A stretch of DNA of 64,000 nucleotides from Candidatus Bathyarchaeota archaeon (GCA_029259355.1 JAPDIZ010000003.1:147710-211709), one strand, 5' to 3'; shown: positions 9,784 to 19,807, numbered from the stretch's first letter. Numbers and translations: made by a program. The notes: generated by a model from the letters alone, not told the origin.

Positions 9784-10620
9784 AACCTCTCCCTATAGGT
9801 TTTCTATCTCTTCCTTTTTTAAACTTAATTTACCTCTTATTTTGTATTGTAAATATGGGAACGGAACTAATAGTTTAGCATAGGTGATGCTTATTTTTTC
9901 AAACTTTTTCTGTTTGCTCAAGACATTCCCACCAACTTTCCAACCCTTTACATCCCTAACCTAACTAATAATGACACTCAGTAATGTGATTTTTAATCAC
10001 CAATCCTTTCTCTATGAAATCTCACCACTTTATGATAATACATTCGATAGTACCTATTGCATAGGATTATTCGGCGGACTCCCGCCTAAAAGGCTTTGTC
10101 AAAATACTCAAGGAAATTTATAGATCACTCAAAAAGATGGAAGGCTTTATTTTAATGTCTGGAACAAATTTTCTTATAGCTACAAGTTTTTACTGTTTAA
10201 ACAACGCTTAACAAAAACACCAACATTACATCTTCCTCAACACATTTTAGAGCTTATGATACAAATGAAAATTAATTATGTTAAAGTCTCCGCACTTCGA
10301 TTCATATCCGCAACGAAAAAAATGAAAATTGTTATTGATGATAGATCAAGACTGATCAATAAGTTTTTCCTCTACATCGTTTTAGCCGAAAGTAACATAT
10401 TGTTAACTCAGGTAGCGATAACCGCAAGGAAATAATACGCCACATCAACGCAAAAAGGTCAGTTCGCAATAAAACTCCCGATCAACCAGCACATTTTACT
10501 TCAGTGAACTTGAAAAGTCTATTCATACCTAACCTAATAACCCTAACTCACTACATCTAGATGATGTACTAACACGGTCTAACTAATTAGATGCGCAAAG
10601 CCCCTATATTATAATCCTAG

Positions 10621-11832
10621 CTAATAAGCGGATGACAACGTATTGCCATTAGCCTCGATGACCTCATGGTAAATTCTTTCAAGTTTGCTTAAAACTACGC
10701 TCCAGCTATACTCCTTCTCCACTCTATCTCGAGCATATCGACCTAGCCTTAATCTAAGCCCCCTATCTGAAAGTAAAGCAATAAGTGCATTAGCTAACGC
10801 ATTTTCATCACGCGGCGGAACCAATACCCCAGCTTTGCCATATTCAAGAAACTCGGGAACACCACCACTCCATGTAGAAACAATAGGTTTCCCACAAGCC
10901 ATTGCCTCCAGAATGGATTTGGGGCTAGGGTCTCCTATGGAAGGTAGACAGTATACCGTACAATTCTGTAGCAGCCTTAGCTTAGTTTCACCAGAAACAA
11001 GGCCTAGAAACTTTACCGATTTTTGCAATCCAAGTCTTCTTACTAGCTTCATAAAGTCCCTGGTAGCGGATCCTACACCACAAACATACAGCCTTATATT
11101 GGGAAATTCTCTAACAACTACGGGCATAGCTTTTATCAGAAATTCGAGACCTTTTTTGCGTTCCAACCTTGCCATGAAAAGTATGTATTCATCTTCATTC
11201 CAAGTTGGTCTAAAATAGTGAGTATTTACTGCCCGAGGAACGACCTCAACATTACAATAATCTCTAGGGAGTAGTTTCTTAACAAAGTCAAATGTTACAA
11301 GGATTTTATTTGAATAATCAAGCGTCTTTTTAAATAGATAGCCTGACACTTGATAATAAATACGCCACATTAAGTACTTAATGAAGATGTTGTCTAGCAG
11401 TCTTGAACGTTCTGTCCAAGGGGGAGGAATTGGTCCGTATACGAAAGGGAGCCTGGCTTTTACAAAAGGTACAAAGCTAAATGAGTAATTAATCCATGCA
11501 GGAGCTACATGATGTATGACATCAAAACGCTTGGTTTTGAGGAGTTTGCGAACAAGTATAAAGCTTTCCACAGAAAACCTAAGCCAATTAGTAACATCAG
11601 TACCAAGTTCTGGTCGCCTTTCTAAACCACCAACTTCAATGATCTTTAGTTTCCCAGAAAAAGATTTAGAAATAAACGAACTCAACATCACTCTTGGTGC
11701 AAGCACAGTAATTAAGTGGCCACGTTTGACTAAATACCTACATAACTCCCAACACCACGCTGCCTCCGAGTCTAGCGTAATTGCGCAGCCATCATTAAAA
11801 ACCATACCAGTAGATGAAAAAAGAATTCTCAT
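10621..11832 (-). CDS. GT4 (GT-B fold, group 1) glycosyltransferase
   Basis: 403 aa. The C-terminal region reads LPSIGDPSPKSILEAMACGKPIVSTWSGGVPEFLEYGKAGVLVPP, the E-x7-E region typical of the Glycos_transf_1 family. Confidence 0.85.
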   Translation of the reverse strand: MRILFSSTGMVFNDGCAITLDSEAAWCWELCRYLVKRGHLITVLAPRVMLSSFISKSFSGKLKIIEVGGLERRPELGTDVTNWLRFSVESFILVRKLLKTKRFDVIHHVAPAWINYSFSFVPFVKARLPFVYGPIPPPWTERSRLLDNIFIKYLMWRIYYQVSGYLFKKTLDYSNKILVTFDFVKKLLPRDYCNVEVVPRAVNTHYFRPTWNEDEYILFMARLERKKGLEFLIKAMPVVVREFPNIRLYVCGVGSATRDFMKLVRRLGLQKSVKFLGLVSGETKLRLLQNCTVYCLPSIGDPSPKSILEAMACGKPIVSTWSGGVPEFLEYGKAGVLVPPRDENALANALIALLSDRGLRLRLGRYARDRVEKEYSWSVVLSKLERIYHEVIEANGNTLSSAY

Positions 11833-11868
11833 GGCGGAGACACCTTATGCGGTGGGGAATTAAAAAAG

Positions 11869-13455
11869 GTGACGTTCAGTATGCGCGTGCTTCTCATAGG
11901 AGTAGACGGGGCTGCTTGGCAAGTAATTGAGAAATTAATAGAAAGAGGAGAATTACCAACAATCAGCAGGTTATTGCAAGAGGGATGTAAAGGGATATTA
12001 AGATCCACTATTCCACCAAGCTCAGTCCCAGCATGGAACGCTATTACCACAGGGTTAAACCCCGGAAAGTTAGGTATATTGAACAAAATTCATAGAGGCA
12101 CCTACGAATATGTAAGTGCTTGGAACTCCATTTATGAACCACAAATACACATATGGGATTATTTAGGGAAAGCAGGCTACAAGGTGATAATAGCAAACCC
12201 ACCACACATTCCTTACGCATATAGAGTCAATGGAGTTATGCTCGCAGGTTTTACCTGCATAGATATGGAAAAACTCACGTACCCATCTTCGCTTAAGGAG
12301 GAATTGCAACAGGTAGTGGGAGATTATGAAGTAGATGTTTCAAATATTTTTGGAGTTGAAAGTAAGTTAAGAAGAATTTTGAAAAGTAAAAAGATGGTAA
12401 ATAAAGTACTGGAAGTTGAAAATAAACATCATCTAACATTCAGGCATTTGTTGAAAAAATATGCTTGGGATTTCGCGTTTATCGTTTACGTAAGTCCCGA
12501 TAGAATTCAACATATATCCAACAATTTAAAGGAAATTTATAAGATTTATATAGATTTAGACGAAAAGCTTGCAGACATACTTGAAATCATAGGTAATGAT
12601 ACTTATATCTTTTTGATATCTGATCATGGATTTACTTTTAATGCTAAAACTTTCTATATTAATAAGTGGTTAGAAGATAACAAATATTTAAGAAGTCGAA
12701 GAGGAATAAAAACAGCTGCTGGAGACAGATTAAGGAATGTTCTGAGCATCTACATTCCATGGATTACACCAAATGTCATCAGACTTCTACCTAATAAATT
12801 TTTGAGAAAGTTTGAAAGAAAGCTTTCAGTAGTAGAACTCGGGAAAGAAACAATAGATTGGGATAATACGTTAGCATTTAGTTATGGTATCTTTGGAGAA
12901 ATTTGGATCAACTTAAAAAGTGAAAGACCGCGTGGAATAGTAGCTCGGGAGGAATATGATTTATTAGTAAAGAAGCTACACAACGATTTAAAAAAGTTCT
13001 TTGATAGCGAAGGGATAAATGTAGATATTGCGAAAAAAGATGAGGTATGGAAAGGAAGATTTGTACATGGATGCGCTGATCTTGTAATAGTGATAAATAG
13101 CAAATCAGGAATAAAAATAGACCCATCTTTTAGAAGGAAGAGTTGTTTCTCGAGCCGTGTAGAAGGTGGAACTCATAGCATTGATGGCATCTTTATAGCT
13201 GTGGGCCCAGAGATTATGAAAAGTAAACACGTTGGGATAATATCCGCTTACGATTTACTCCCCACCATATTGCACATTTTTCAAGTAGCAATCCCCAGAA
13301 ATTGTGATGGTCGTATTATAAAGGAGCTTTTTGTTAAGGAAAGCAAATACTACCGTAGAGAGCCCATCTATAAGGACTACGATAATAGTCTGTTGAGTTT
13401 AGAATCCAAGTTGAGGAGTATAAGATTTAAATATAGAAAACTAATGAGGAGATAA
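11869..13455 (+). CDS. Alkaline-phosphatase-superfamily enzyme, type I phosphodiesterase / nucleotide pyrophosphatase-like
   Basis: LLIGVDGAAWQVI, TIPPSSVPAWNAITTGLNPGKLGI and FLISDHGF match the metal-ligand and nucleophile layout of the family. The likely start is ATG 11881 (MRVLLIGVDG). No obvious TM segment. Confidence 0.75.
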   Translation: MTFSMRVLLIGVDGAAWQVIEKLIERGELPTISRLLQEGCKGILRSTIPPSSVPAWNAITTGLNPGKLGILNKIHRGTYEYVSAWNSIYEPQIHIWDYLGKAGYKVIIANPPHIPYAYRVNGVMLAGFTCIDMEKLTYPSSLKEELQQVVGDYEVDVSNIFGVESKLRRILKSKKMVNKVLEVENKHHLTFRHLLKKYAWDFAFIVYVSPDRIQHISNNLKEIYKIYIDLDEKLADILEIIGNDTYIFLISDHGFTFNAKTFYINKWLEDNKYLRSRRGIKTAAGDRLRNVLSIYIPWITPNVIRLLPNKFLRKFERKLSVVELGKETIDWDNTLAFSYGIFGEIWINLKSERPRGIVAREEYDLLVKKLHNDLKKFFDSEGINVDIAKKDEVWKGRFVHGCADLVIVINSKSGIKIDPSFRRKSCFSSRVEGGTHSIDGIFIAVGPEIMKSKHVGIISAYDLLPTILHIFQVAIPRNCDGRIIKELFVKESKYYRREPIYKDYDNSLLSLESKLRSIRFKYRKLMRR

Positions 13456-14808
13456 ATAAACAAATGAAAAGGTTAATGAGTCTATTATGATCAGCAATAT
13501 AAGGATACAACATAATAAGGATAAGGATTTTTTGACGTACTTCTCCATTAAAGCTGCTGCAAATACGCAACATGGAATATCTAGCGTCAAACCCCAGCGA
13601 TCTGGCTCTGGCCAAATAATAGGCCAAAGTGCTTGTACTACTAAGAATAAAGTTGTTAAGAATAAGACTAAAAAGAAAATATAATTTTTAAGTTCTTTGC
13701 TTCTTAAAATGAATATTATTGAAAGTACTGTTAACCAAAATACCCATTCAAAAAGTTCGAATGTTAGGTGCAGTTTGTTGTAGAAATATTCTTGCATTGT
13801 AGGACTTAAAAACATTGGATTGGAGATTTGTTCAATAAATATTGATAAGCGATTTGGTTTGAGCCAATTTGCTACACGAATATAAAACATAAGAGAAGTA
13901 CCTGTTAGTAAACATGCAATAATCACCTTTACCAGTTTTGTCAAAAGAGATCTGTCTTTAGTTAACCATATGTATACTATAGTAGATAAGAAGAAGAACG
14001 TTGCTATCGCCTGATGAGAAAGCCACATAGCTGAAATTGCTAAATAAGTTTTAATTGGAAACTTGGGCCTATCTGTAATAATGAAATAAAATGCCAGTAA
14101 TGCAAAAAAATATGCAATAACTTGCCTGTAGAGGTCTAGAACCAAACGCATATGAAGTGTAGAAAATGAAAACAAAATCGTCGCCAGTCTAGTTTGAAAA
14201 CCATCACCATAAAAATGTCTAGAGATCATATAAAAAGGAATTATAGAAAGAGCTGAAAACATTGGAATCAGAACAGTATATATAAATCTGAATGAAAACA
14301 ATTCGAAGAAGAGCCAGAGGATTATCATAGGTAGTATATCATAACCACCCTTAACCGAAAGAATACAAAGTGGATCATCGTGCATCATTTCCAATAATTT
14401 CATGTATTTATAAGTGTCAGAGCCCATAGGTACGGAAGAGAAAACAAACCAGATGCAACGATACAAAAAAGCAAAAATAATCGTAGATAAAAGAAAGAAT
14501 TTACTATCTATTTGTAAAATAATTTCCCCCAATAATCGAAACCTAATTTCGAGGAGATTCTTAACTTTATCCCAAACATGGGGTACGCTGATAAGCGATG
14601 CCCCACCAAAAGTTAAGGCCATTCCAACTTCTAAAATTCTGTAGGAAGGGAGAGTCGGCTTGTATAACCATCTCATAGTTCCGACTATGATGAAAAAAAG
14701 CCCTAAGAGAAAAGCGACATAGGGCGATCTGTTACGTCGCACAGCTATGTTAAAGTTAACTTTGATCACCCCCATTTTATCATAGATCCCATTCATGATT
14801 TTTTGCAA
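13441..14808 (-). CDS. Polytopic membrane protein, family D copy 2; function unknown
   Basis: 455 aa and a paralog of 1604..2935 (motifs listed there). It overlaps the upstream gene at 14793 by 16 nt on the same strand, which suggests co-transcription. Confidence 0.8.
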   Translation of the reverse strand: MQKIMNGIYDKMGVIKVNFNIAVRRNRSPYVAFLLGLFFIIVGTMRWLYKPTLPSYRILEVGMALTFGGASLISVPHVWDKVKNLLEIRFRLLGEIILQIDSKFFLLSTIIFAFLYRCIWFVFSSVPMGSDTYKYMKLLEMMHDDPLCILSVKGGYDILPMIILWLFFELFSFRFIYTVLIPMFSALSIIPFYMISRHFYGDGFQTRLATILFSFSTLHMRLVLDLYRQVIAYFFALLAFYFIITDRPKFPIKTYLAISAMWLSHQAIATFFFLSTIVYIWLTKDRSLLTKLVKVIIACLLTGTSLMFYIRVANWLKPNRLSIFIEQISNPMFLSPTMQEYFYNKLHLTFELFEWVFWLTVLSIIFILRSKELKNYIFFLVLFLTTLFLVVQALWPIIWPEPDRWGLTLDIPCCVFAAALMEKYVKKSLSLLCCILILLIIIDSLTFSFVYLSPH

Positions 14809-16352
14809 GATATTTCCTCATATATTATATTTGCCGGGATTTCGTATACAAAGAAGCATTTTCTATCAGCAACTTCGATAGTTGTTATGTACTTAGCATT
14901 GCTAGAAATCTCACGCTCAAATTCGTCGACTTTTGGATCATCTGGACCAATTCTCGTTCTGGGCACGTTATTACTTTTCAATATAACGACAACCTTTGAA
15001 TAAGTAGCGGATATTTCTGGCCAATCTGTCACATATGGAGGATATGGCTTACCTTTTAGGTAGATGTGTAAGGGTTTATTGCTTAATAGTGTATTAACTA
15101 GTTCATCCATAAATATGAAATTGAAACCACGAAGATACCACCACCATTGAAACGTGTGAATATCATCATCAACAATTAGTAAATAGGATTCCTGACCACT
15201 TCCATAAGTTTTTACTAAAAAATTACGCAGAGAGCGAAAACCGTAATCTCTGTACCAAGCCGGGTGGTTTATTGTATCATATTTGCGGAAAAAGACAAAA
15301 TCAGGTTCCTTAAAAAGAAAATTATTCAGAATATAGGACATCCCAAGTAATGGTAGAGAAATTGTTATTAGAAGTATAACAACTTTAACGCATGTATTCT
15401 GTTTCTCCCTATATAAATTTGCAAGAAAGGACCCACATAAAAGCATCATTGGCGGAATAAGCATTACATATATTTGAGGGTGATAGCCACCAACTCCCTC
15501 TGTGATAATGAAATATATATCAAACAACTTATTGCCAAGATACTTTGGGCCGGGACCTATCATGCACAATATAAGGAGAAACGTTAAAAACCAAATGTCT
15601 ACAAAGTCCATCATAAAAAGAAATTTTCTCAAGTTAAGTCTACTCCTAACAATTTTCACGAAGAAATATGCTAATATTATAAAAAAGTAGATTAAAGAAA
15701 CTTGTCCAGAGAGTTCGTTTAAGAAGAAAAAGAAAGTAGATAATCCTCCTCCTATATAAAAGGGATTAAACATTCGTGGACCCCTAAGTAGAACAAAGGA
15801 CTTAATTTCTGATCCTAGGGAACCTTTGTAAAGCCATACAAGAAGGTTGAAGGGAATAGTTATTGAGCCTATTATGAAGAGTAATAAGACAATTGGCTTA
15901 AGTAAGTGCTGAGAGAAAAATCCCTTACCATATCTGTTACTTAGATAGAAATACCATACAGGTACCATAAAAATTGCTGTCATTTTAAAGAAAAATGCGA
16001 TAGATAATGCAATCACTGCAAGTAATAGGAGCCTACTCCGTATTTGACGTTCACCCTTAATGCCGTATAAAAAACATAATGAGGAAAGCAAAAGGAAAAA
16101 ACAAGATGATACATCAGCCCACGCAACCCTACTAAAGTAGACATGATAACCATCTACAGCTAATAATGTAGCTACGAGATATGCGATTTTCTTATCACCG
16201 TTATAGAGCTCCTTTGTTAAAAAATATAACAAGGGGATAGAGAGAGCCCCCATTAAGGCTGAAGGAAATCTAACAGCAAAGTCGTTATCTCCGAATATCA
16301 AAAATGTCAACATAACAGCGAAGCAGTAGAATTCGACTCTAAAGTTCCCCAT
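14793..16352 (-). CDS. GT-C glycosyltransferase, ArnT/PMT_2-like; the 5' end is probably frameshifted
   Basis: FGDNDFAVRFPSALMGALSIPLLYFLTKELY...AFFFKMTAI is the usual PMT_2 core. The frame stays open upstream to 16595. There it encodes a first TM segment plus LFNIEKPSLISDENIYAVAGYY (the expected DE loop), but with no in-frame start. A TTG at 16599..16597 lies one frame off, across a C6 run at 16581-16586. Confidence 0.85.
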   Translation of the reverse strand: MGNFRVEFYCFAVMLTFLIFGDNDFAVRFPSALMGALSIPLLYFLTKELYNGDKKIAYLVATLLAVDGYHVYFSRVAWADVSSCFFLLLSSLCFLYGIKGERQIRSRLLLLAVIALSIAFFFKMTAIFMVPVWYFYLSNRYGKGFFSQHLLKPIVLLLFIIGSITIPFNLLVWLYKGSLGSEIKSFVLLRGPRMFNPFYIGGGLSTFFFFLNELSGQVSLIYFFIILAYFFVKIVRSRLNLRKFLFMMDFVDIWFLTFLLILCMIGPGPKYLGNKLFDIYFIITEGVGGYHPQIYVMLIPPMMLLCGSFLANLYREKQNTCVKVVILLITISLPLLGMSYILNNFLFKEPDFVFFRKYDTINHPAWYRDYGFRSLRNFLVKTYGSGQESYLLIVDDDIHTFQWWWYLRGFNFIFMDELVNTLLSNKPLHIYLKGKPYPPYVTDWPEISATYSKVVVILKSNNVPRTRIGPDDPKVDEFEREISSNAKYITTIEVADRKCFFVYEIPANIIYEEISCKKS

Positions 16353-16726
16353 GCTCCATGATAAAGCAATATTCCAAGGAAGCTCTGGGAGGGATCCTCT
16401 GAAGATATTATAATAGTATCCCGCTACTGCGTAAATATTTTCATCAGATATTAGAGATGGTTTTTCAATATTGAATAATCTTAGGAAAAAAGCAAATAAA
16501 GTTATACTTAAAACTAGAAAAGCCTCCCTCAGATTAAATCTTTTTAAGTACTCTACTGCCTTTGGGGCTATAGTGCAAGACCCCCCTACCGAAGATCAAT
16601 TTTATTTAAACAAATAAAAAGTTTTAGACTCGATTTTCTTGTAAATTCTTCCATCAAGAAGATTAATAACTGACTTACATCATCTCTTTTTCGCGTATCC
16701 TGCAACAGCGTACACACCATCCTCCA

Positions 16727-18181
16727 TCAGAAAACGATAGCCTTGCTAATAATTTTATTTTCAATTTGCTCCCTAACTCTTCTCTTAAATAGAGCAGCTC
16801 TCCACTTTCGCAAAAGATATTTTAACTGATTGCCCGATTCATTTATACCTCTCGTAATAAGATTATAACTTTCCCAAGGATCTTCCTTTAGATTATACAA
16901 TTCTCTTACCCCGCCATGTATGCAACCGCAATATCTGCAAAAAGCTGACCTTTTTGTTGGAGCTTCTATATACTTCCAATTGAGAGTTCTAATGGCGTAT
17001 TTATCTTGCGTGAAATGTTCCTCCATATACGCGAAGTTTCTAAAATTATCCTTCAAATCTTTATATATGAGGGGAAGCAAACTTTTTCCTTCACACTTAA
17101 GACTCTTTTTCCAATGCTCATTTACTTGACTATTCTCGGAAATTAAATCTAAGATTGTAGGCGCTATATCGACATGTTGAACAATATCTCTTATAACTAA
17201 GCATTTTGGTAAAAATGAACCAGCAATTATCAGAGGTACATGAATAGTAGTATCGTATAATCCATGGTGGTGGAAAAAAATTCCATGCTCTCCAAGACTT
17301 TCGCCATGATCAGAGGTTACTACTATGAGTGTATCTTCAAAAAGGTCCTCAAGTTTGTGCAAGAGTCTTCCTATATGAAAATCAACTGACACCACTGCTG
17401 CATCGTAATTAACTAATATTTTTTCCAGGTTTTGTCTAACACGTAAAAAGTTAATTAATCCTTGAGTTTCAAAACATATTTTCGACCTTTTTTTGAACGA
17501 AAGACCTGTAAATGCTCCCATTTTGTTATATATTGTGGCATAGCGCTTATATAGACATTCATAAAATTCCCGAGGTGCTTTGTAGGGAGCGTGAACATCC
17601 CAATAATGAACTACTATAAAAAATGGTATATTTTCTCTTTTGAACTTCTCAATATAGCTAATCGCGATATCTGTAATTAGATTAGCAGGGGGTTTTTTGA
17701 AAAATGTCAACCAAAAACCTCTAATCAAAGACATAAGTTTAGTATGTTGATGGGGAATTATTTTCAGGAATTTGCGCGATATTTTAATCTGATTTTCCAT
17801 ACGCGAAACCCACGGATCGTGATATATTCCAAACTTTTTTTTGAACCACCTACCTAGGATATTGATCATTATTGTCTTATACCCGATTTTTTCGAGAAGT
17901 TCTGACACAAATGGTATAGACAAAACTCCGCGCATACTCTGAGGCTTAACTCTAGGTCCCTGATTCAGTATTCCATGTGTTGGGAGGTATCGGCCTGTTA
18001 AAATTGAGGTTAAAGAAGGATCTGTAACGTTTGTTGTTGAAAATGCGTTTAAAAATAGCACGCCTCTTGACGCTAATTTATCTAGATTGGGGCTTGTATT
18101 TACTTCATAACCATAACATCCTAAATTACTAGCTCTTAAGGAGTCTATCACTATCAATATAATATTGGGAAGTTTTGACAT
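16727..18181 (-). CDS. Sulfatase-fold (alkaline-phosphatase-superfamily) enzyme lacking the formylglycine motif
   Basis: NIILIVIDSLRASNLGCYGY, NAFSTTNVTDPSLTSILTGRY and VVTSDHGESLGEHG are present. The canonical C/S-x-P-x-R site reads T-D-P-S-L, so Thr sits at the nucleophile position and the Arg is absent. No TM domain. Confidence 0.75.
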   Translation of the reverse strand: MSKLPNIILIVIDSLRASNLGCYGYEVNTSPNLDKLASRGVLFLNAFSTTNVTDPSLTSILTGRYLPTHGILNQGPRVKPQSMRGVLSIPFVSELLEKIGYKTIMINILGRWFKKKFGIYHDPWVSRMENQIKISRKFLKIIPHQHTKLMSLIRGFWLTFFKKPPANLITDIAISYIEKFKRENIPFFIVVHYWDVHAPYKAPREFYECLYKRYATIYNKMGAFTGLSFKKRSKICFETQGLINFLRVRQNLEKILVNYDAAVVSVDFHIGRLLHKLEDLFEDTLIVVTSDHGESLGEHGIFFHHHGLYDTTIHVPLIIAGSFLPKCLVIRDIVQHVDIAPTILDLISENSQVNEHWKKSLKCEGKSLLPLIYKDLKDNFRNFAYMEEHFTQDKYAIRTLNWKYIEAPTKRSAFCRYCGCIHGGVRELYNLKEDPWESYNLITRGINESGNQLKYLLRKWRAALFKRRVREQIENKIISKAIVF

Positions 18182-18275
18182 GGTTGTGTCCCTCTTAAAT
18201 CAAGCAGAACTGGTAAGTTGATTTTAGAGCAGAATAAATTTTTCTAAACCTAAGAGTGACTATGGTTGAGATACG

Positions 18276-19028
18276 ATGATTATCAACGGACCTCTACGAA
18301 AAGCTAGGGAAAAGATATCCATCGTAATTCCAGCATATAATGAAGCTATGAATCTAAAAGAACTGATACCCAGCCTTGCTGATGTGCTGAGAGATTTGTC
18401 GATAATAGGGGAGATTATCGTTGTTAATGATGGCAGCAAGGATGAAACAGACGATGTTTGTGAAGAGATTATTAATAAATGGCATGCCTGGGGATATGAT
18501 GACTGTGGTATTAAGTTTAGAGTATTGAGACATGAAAAAAATTTGGGAAAAACACAAGCACTATCAACGGGTTTTTATAGCGCTGAGGGCGATTATTTGT
18601 TCCTTTTTGAAGCCGATATGCAATATAATCCAAGAGACCTCATCAGATTTCTTCCTCTACTCAACATAGGTTATGACATTGTCTGCGGATGGCGCCGCCA
18701 TAGAGCAGATCCCCCGCATAAAATAATATTGTCTAAGGTTCAAAACATTATTCAGCGAATTGTTTTTGGAACAAACATTAATGATCATAATGTAGGATTT
18801 ATAGGATATAGGCGAGAAGTTGCACGTATCCTATTCCATCCTAATTTCATAAAAGAGCTAGGCCTGGGAAGAGCTCATCATAGAACAGTTCTAGCATTAG
18901 CGAGATACTTGGGATTCACGATTGATGAAGTACCAGTAAGGCACTATTCACGTAAATGGGGGAAATCAAAGGTCGAAGGATGTAAGACGATTATAGAAAC
19001 GATTAAAGTATTCATAAATTATATGTAA
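18276..19028 (+). CDS. GT2 glycosyltransferase, polyprenyl-phosphate sugar synthase-like
   Basis: ISIVIPAYNEAMNL, VVNDGSKDET and FEADMQYNP are present. It is a close paralog of 22876..23652, with long identical runs such as GWRRHRADPPH and GFIGYRR. Confidence 0.88.
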   Translation: MIINGPLRKAREKISIVIPAYNEAMNLKELIPSLADVLRDLSIIGEIIVVNDGSKDETDDVCEEIINKWHAWGYDDCGIKFRVLRHEKNLGKTQALSTGFYSAEGDYLFLFEADMQYNPRDLIRFLPLLNIGYDIVCGWRRHRADPPHKIILSKVQNIIQRIVFGTNINDHNVGFIGYRREVARILFHPNFIKELGLGRAHHRTVLALARYLGFTIDEVPVRHYSRKWGKSKVEGCKTIIETIKVFINYM

Positions 19029-19094
19029 CGCTTACGTTTAAACGAGAAAAGGTTTTATCGATATACTCTAAGGTCGTAAAAGAAATTAGAGGGT

Positions 19095-19807
19095 ATGACT
19101 ATAGCCTTAACACGTCTTGACCTAAAGTTTCGAATACATAATGAAAGAGTGTTTAGTATATTTCCTCCGATTAAACTATTTTTCAATAGAAACCCTTTAA
19201 TCAAGTATTTAGAGAGAAAAAGGGCCGCCACTGTTGCTAAGTTATCCAACATTCGTCAAAATTCGCTCAAGCTCGATTTAGGCTGTGGAGACGGATTTAT
19301 TACCAAAGACTTAAGTGGATGTGTAGTAGGCTTAGACCTTTCTAGAAAGGCTCTCCAACTTGCAAAAAGCCTATTTTGTAAAGGATCTAGATTTGATTTC
19401 ATTCTCGGAGAAGCTTCGTCACTTCCGTTTAGGGATGAAGTTTTTGGTGCAGTAGTTTGTAGTGAAGTCTTAGAACATGTCCCCTATCCAGCGAGAACTT
19501 TTGATGAAAAAGTAAGGGTTATGGATAATCAGTCATACCTTATCATCACACTCCCTAAGGAAAGGAACATAAAAATGTGAAACGAATTCTTAAATTACTA
19601 AGGCTATCCAAGATTTTCTTGAGAGAGTTACCAGATGAAGAGATTACAGATAGTTGGCACATAAGTCATATAGAGATTCGGTGGCTAGTCAAAAAACTCA
19701 TAAGAAGCGGGTTAAGACTAAAAGTTCAAGGACGCATCCTATGGTTTTACCCAATTCGATCAATCCTTGTTTTTTACGAAGGCCGAAGATCAAAAGTAAA
19801 GGGCTAG
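19095..19807 (+). pseudogene. Class I SAM methyltransferase split by one frameshift (track ORFs 19095..19580 and 19577..19807)
   Basis: ORF 1 carries LDLGCGDGF, GLDLS, PFRDEVFGAVVCSEVLEHVP and LIITLPKERNIKM*. ORF 2 continues with KRILKLLRL...WHISHIEIRWLVKKLIRSGLRLKV, the expected C-terminal strands. The junction is at the A5 run 19571-19575 (ataaaaatgtga). Confidence 0.7.

Noticed and set aside
10685-11218. Long ORFs lie on the strand opposite clear genes. Examples are 10685..11218, 11516..11863, 38954..39427, 45113..45460, 47940..48245 and 57286..57600.
   Set aside because: Each lies wholly inside a gene with strong family motifs on the other strand, and each has low-complexity Ser/Pro/Leu-rich translations. 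They are shadow ORFs.
11833-11880. A very short divergent spacer lies between GT4 (-) and the phosphodiesterase-like gene (+), with an aattaaaaaagg element that could be a shared TATA box.
   Set aside because: The start of the plus-strand gene is ambiguous (GTG 11869 versus ATG 11881), and a single A/T-rich hexamer is not sufficient evidence for a bidirectional promoter.
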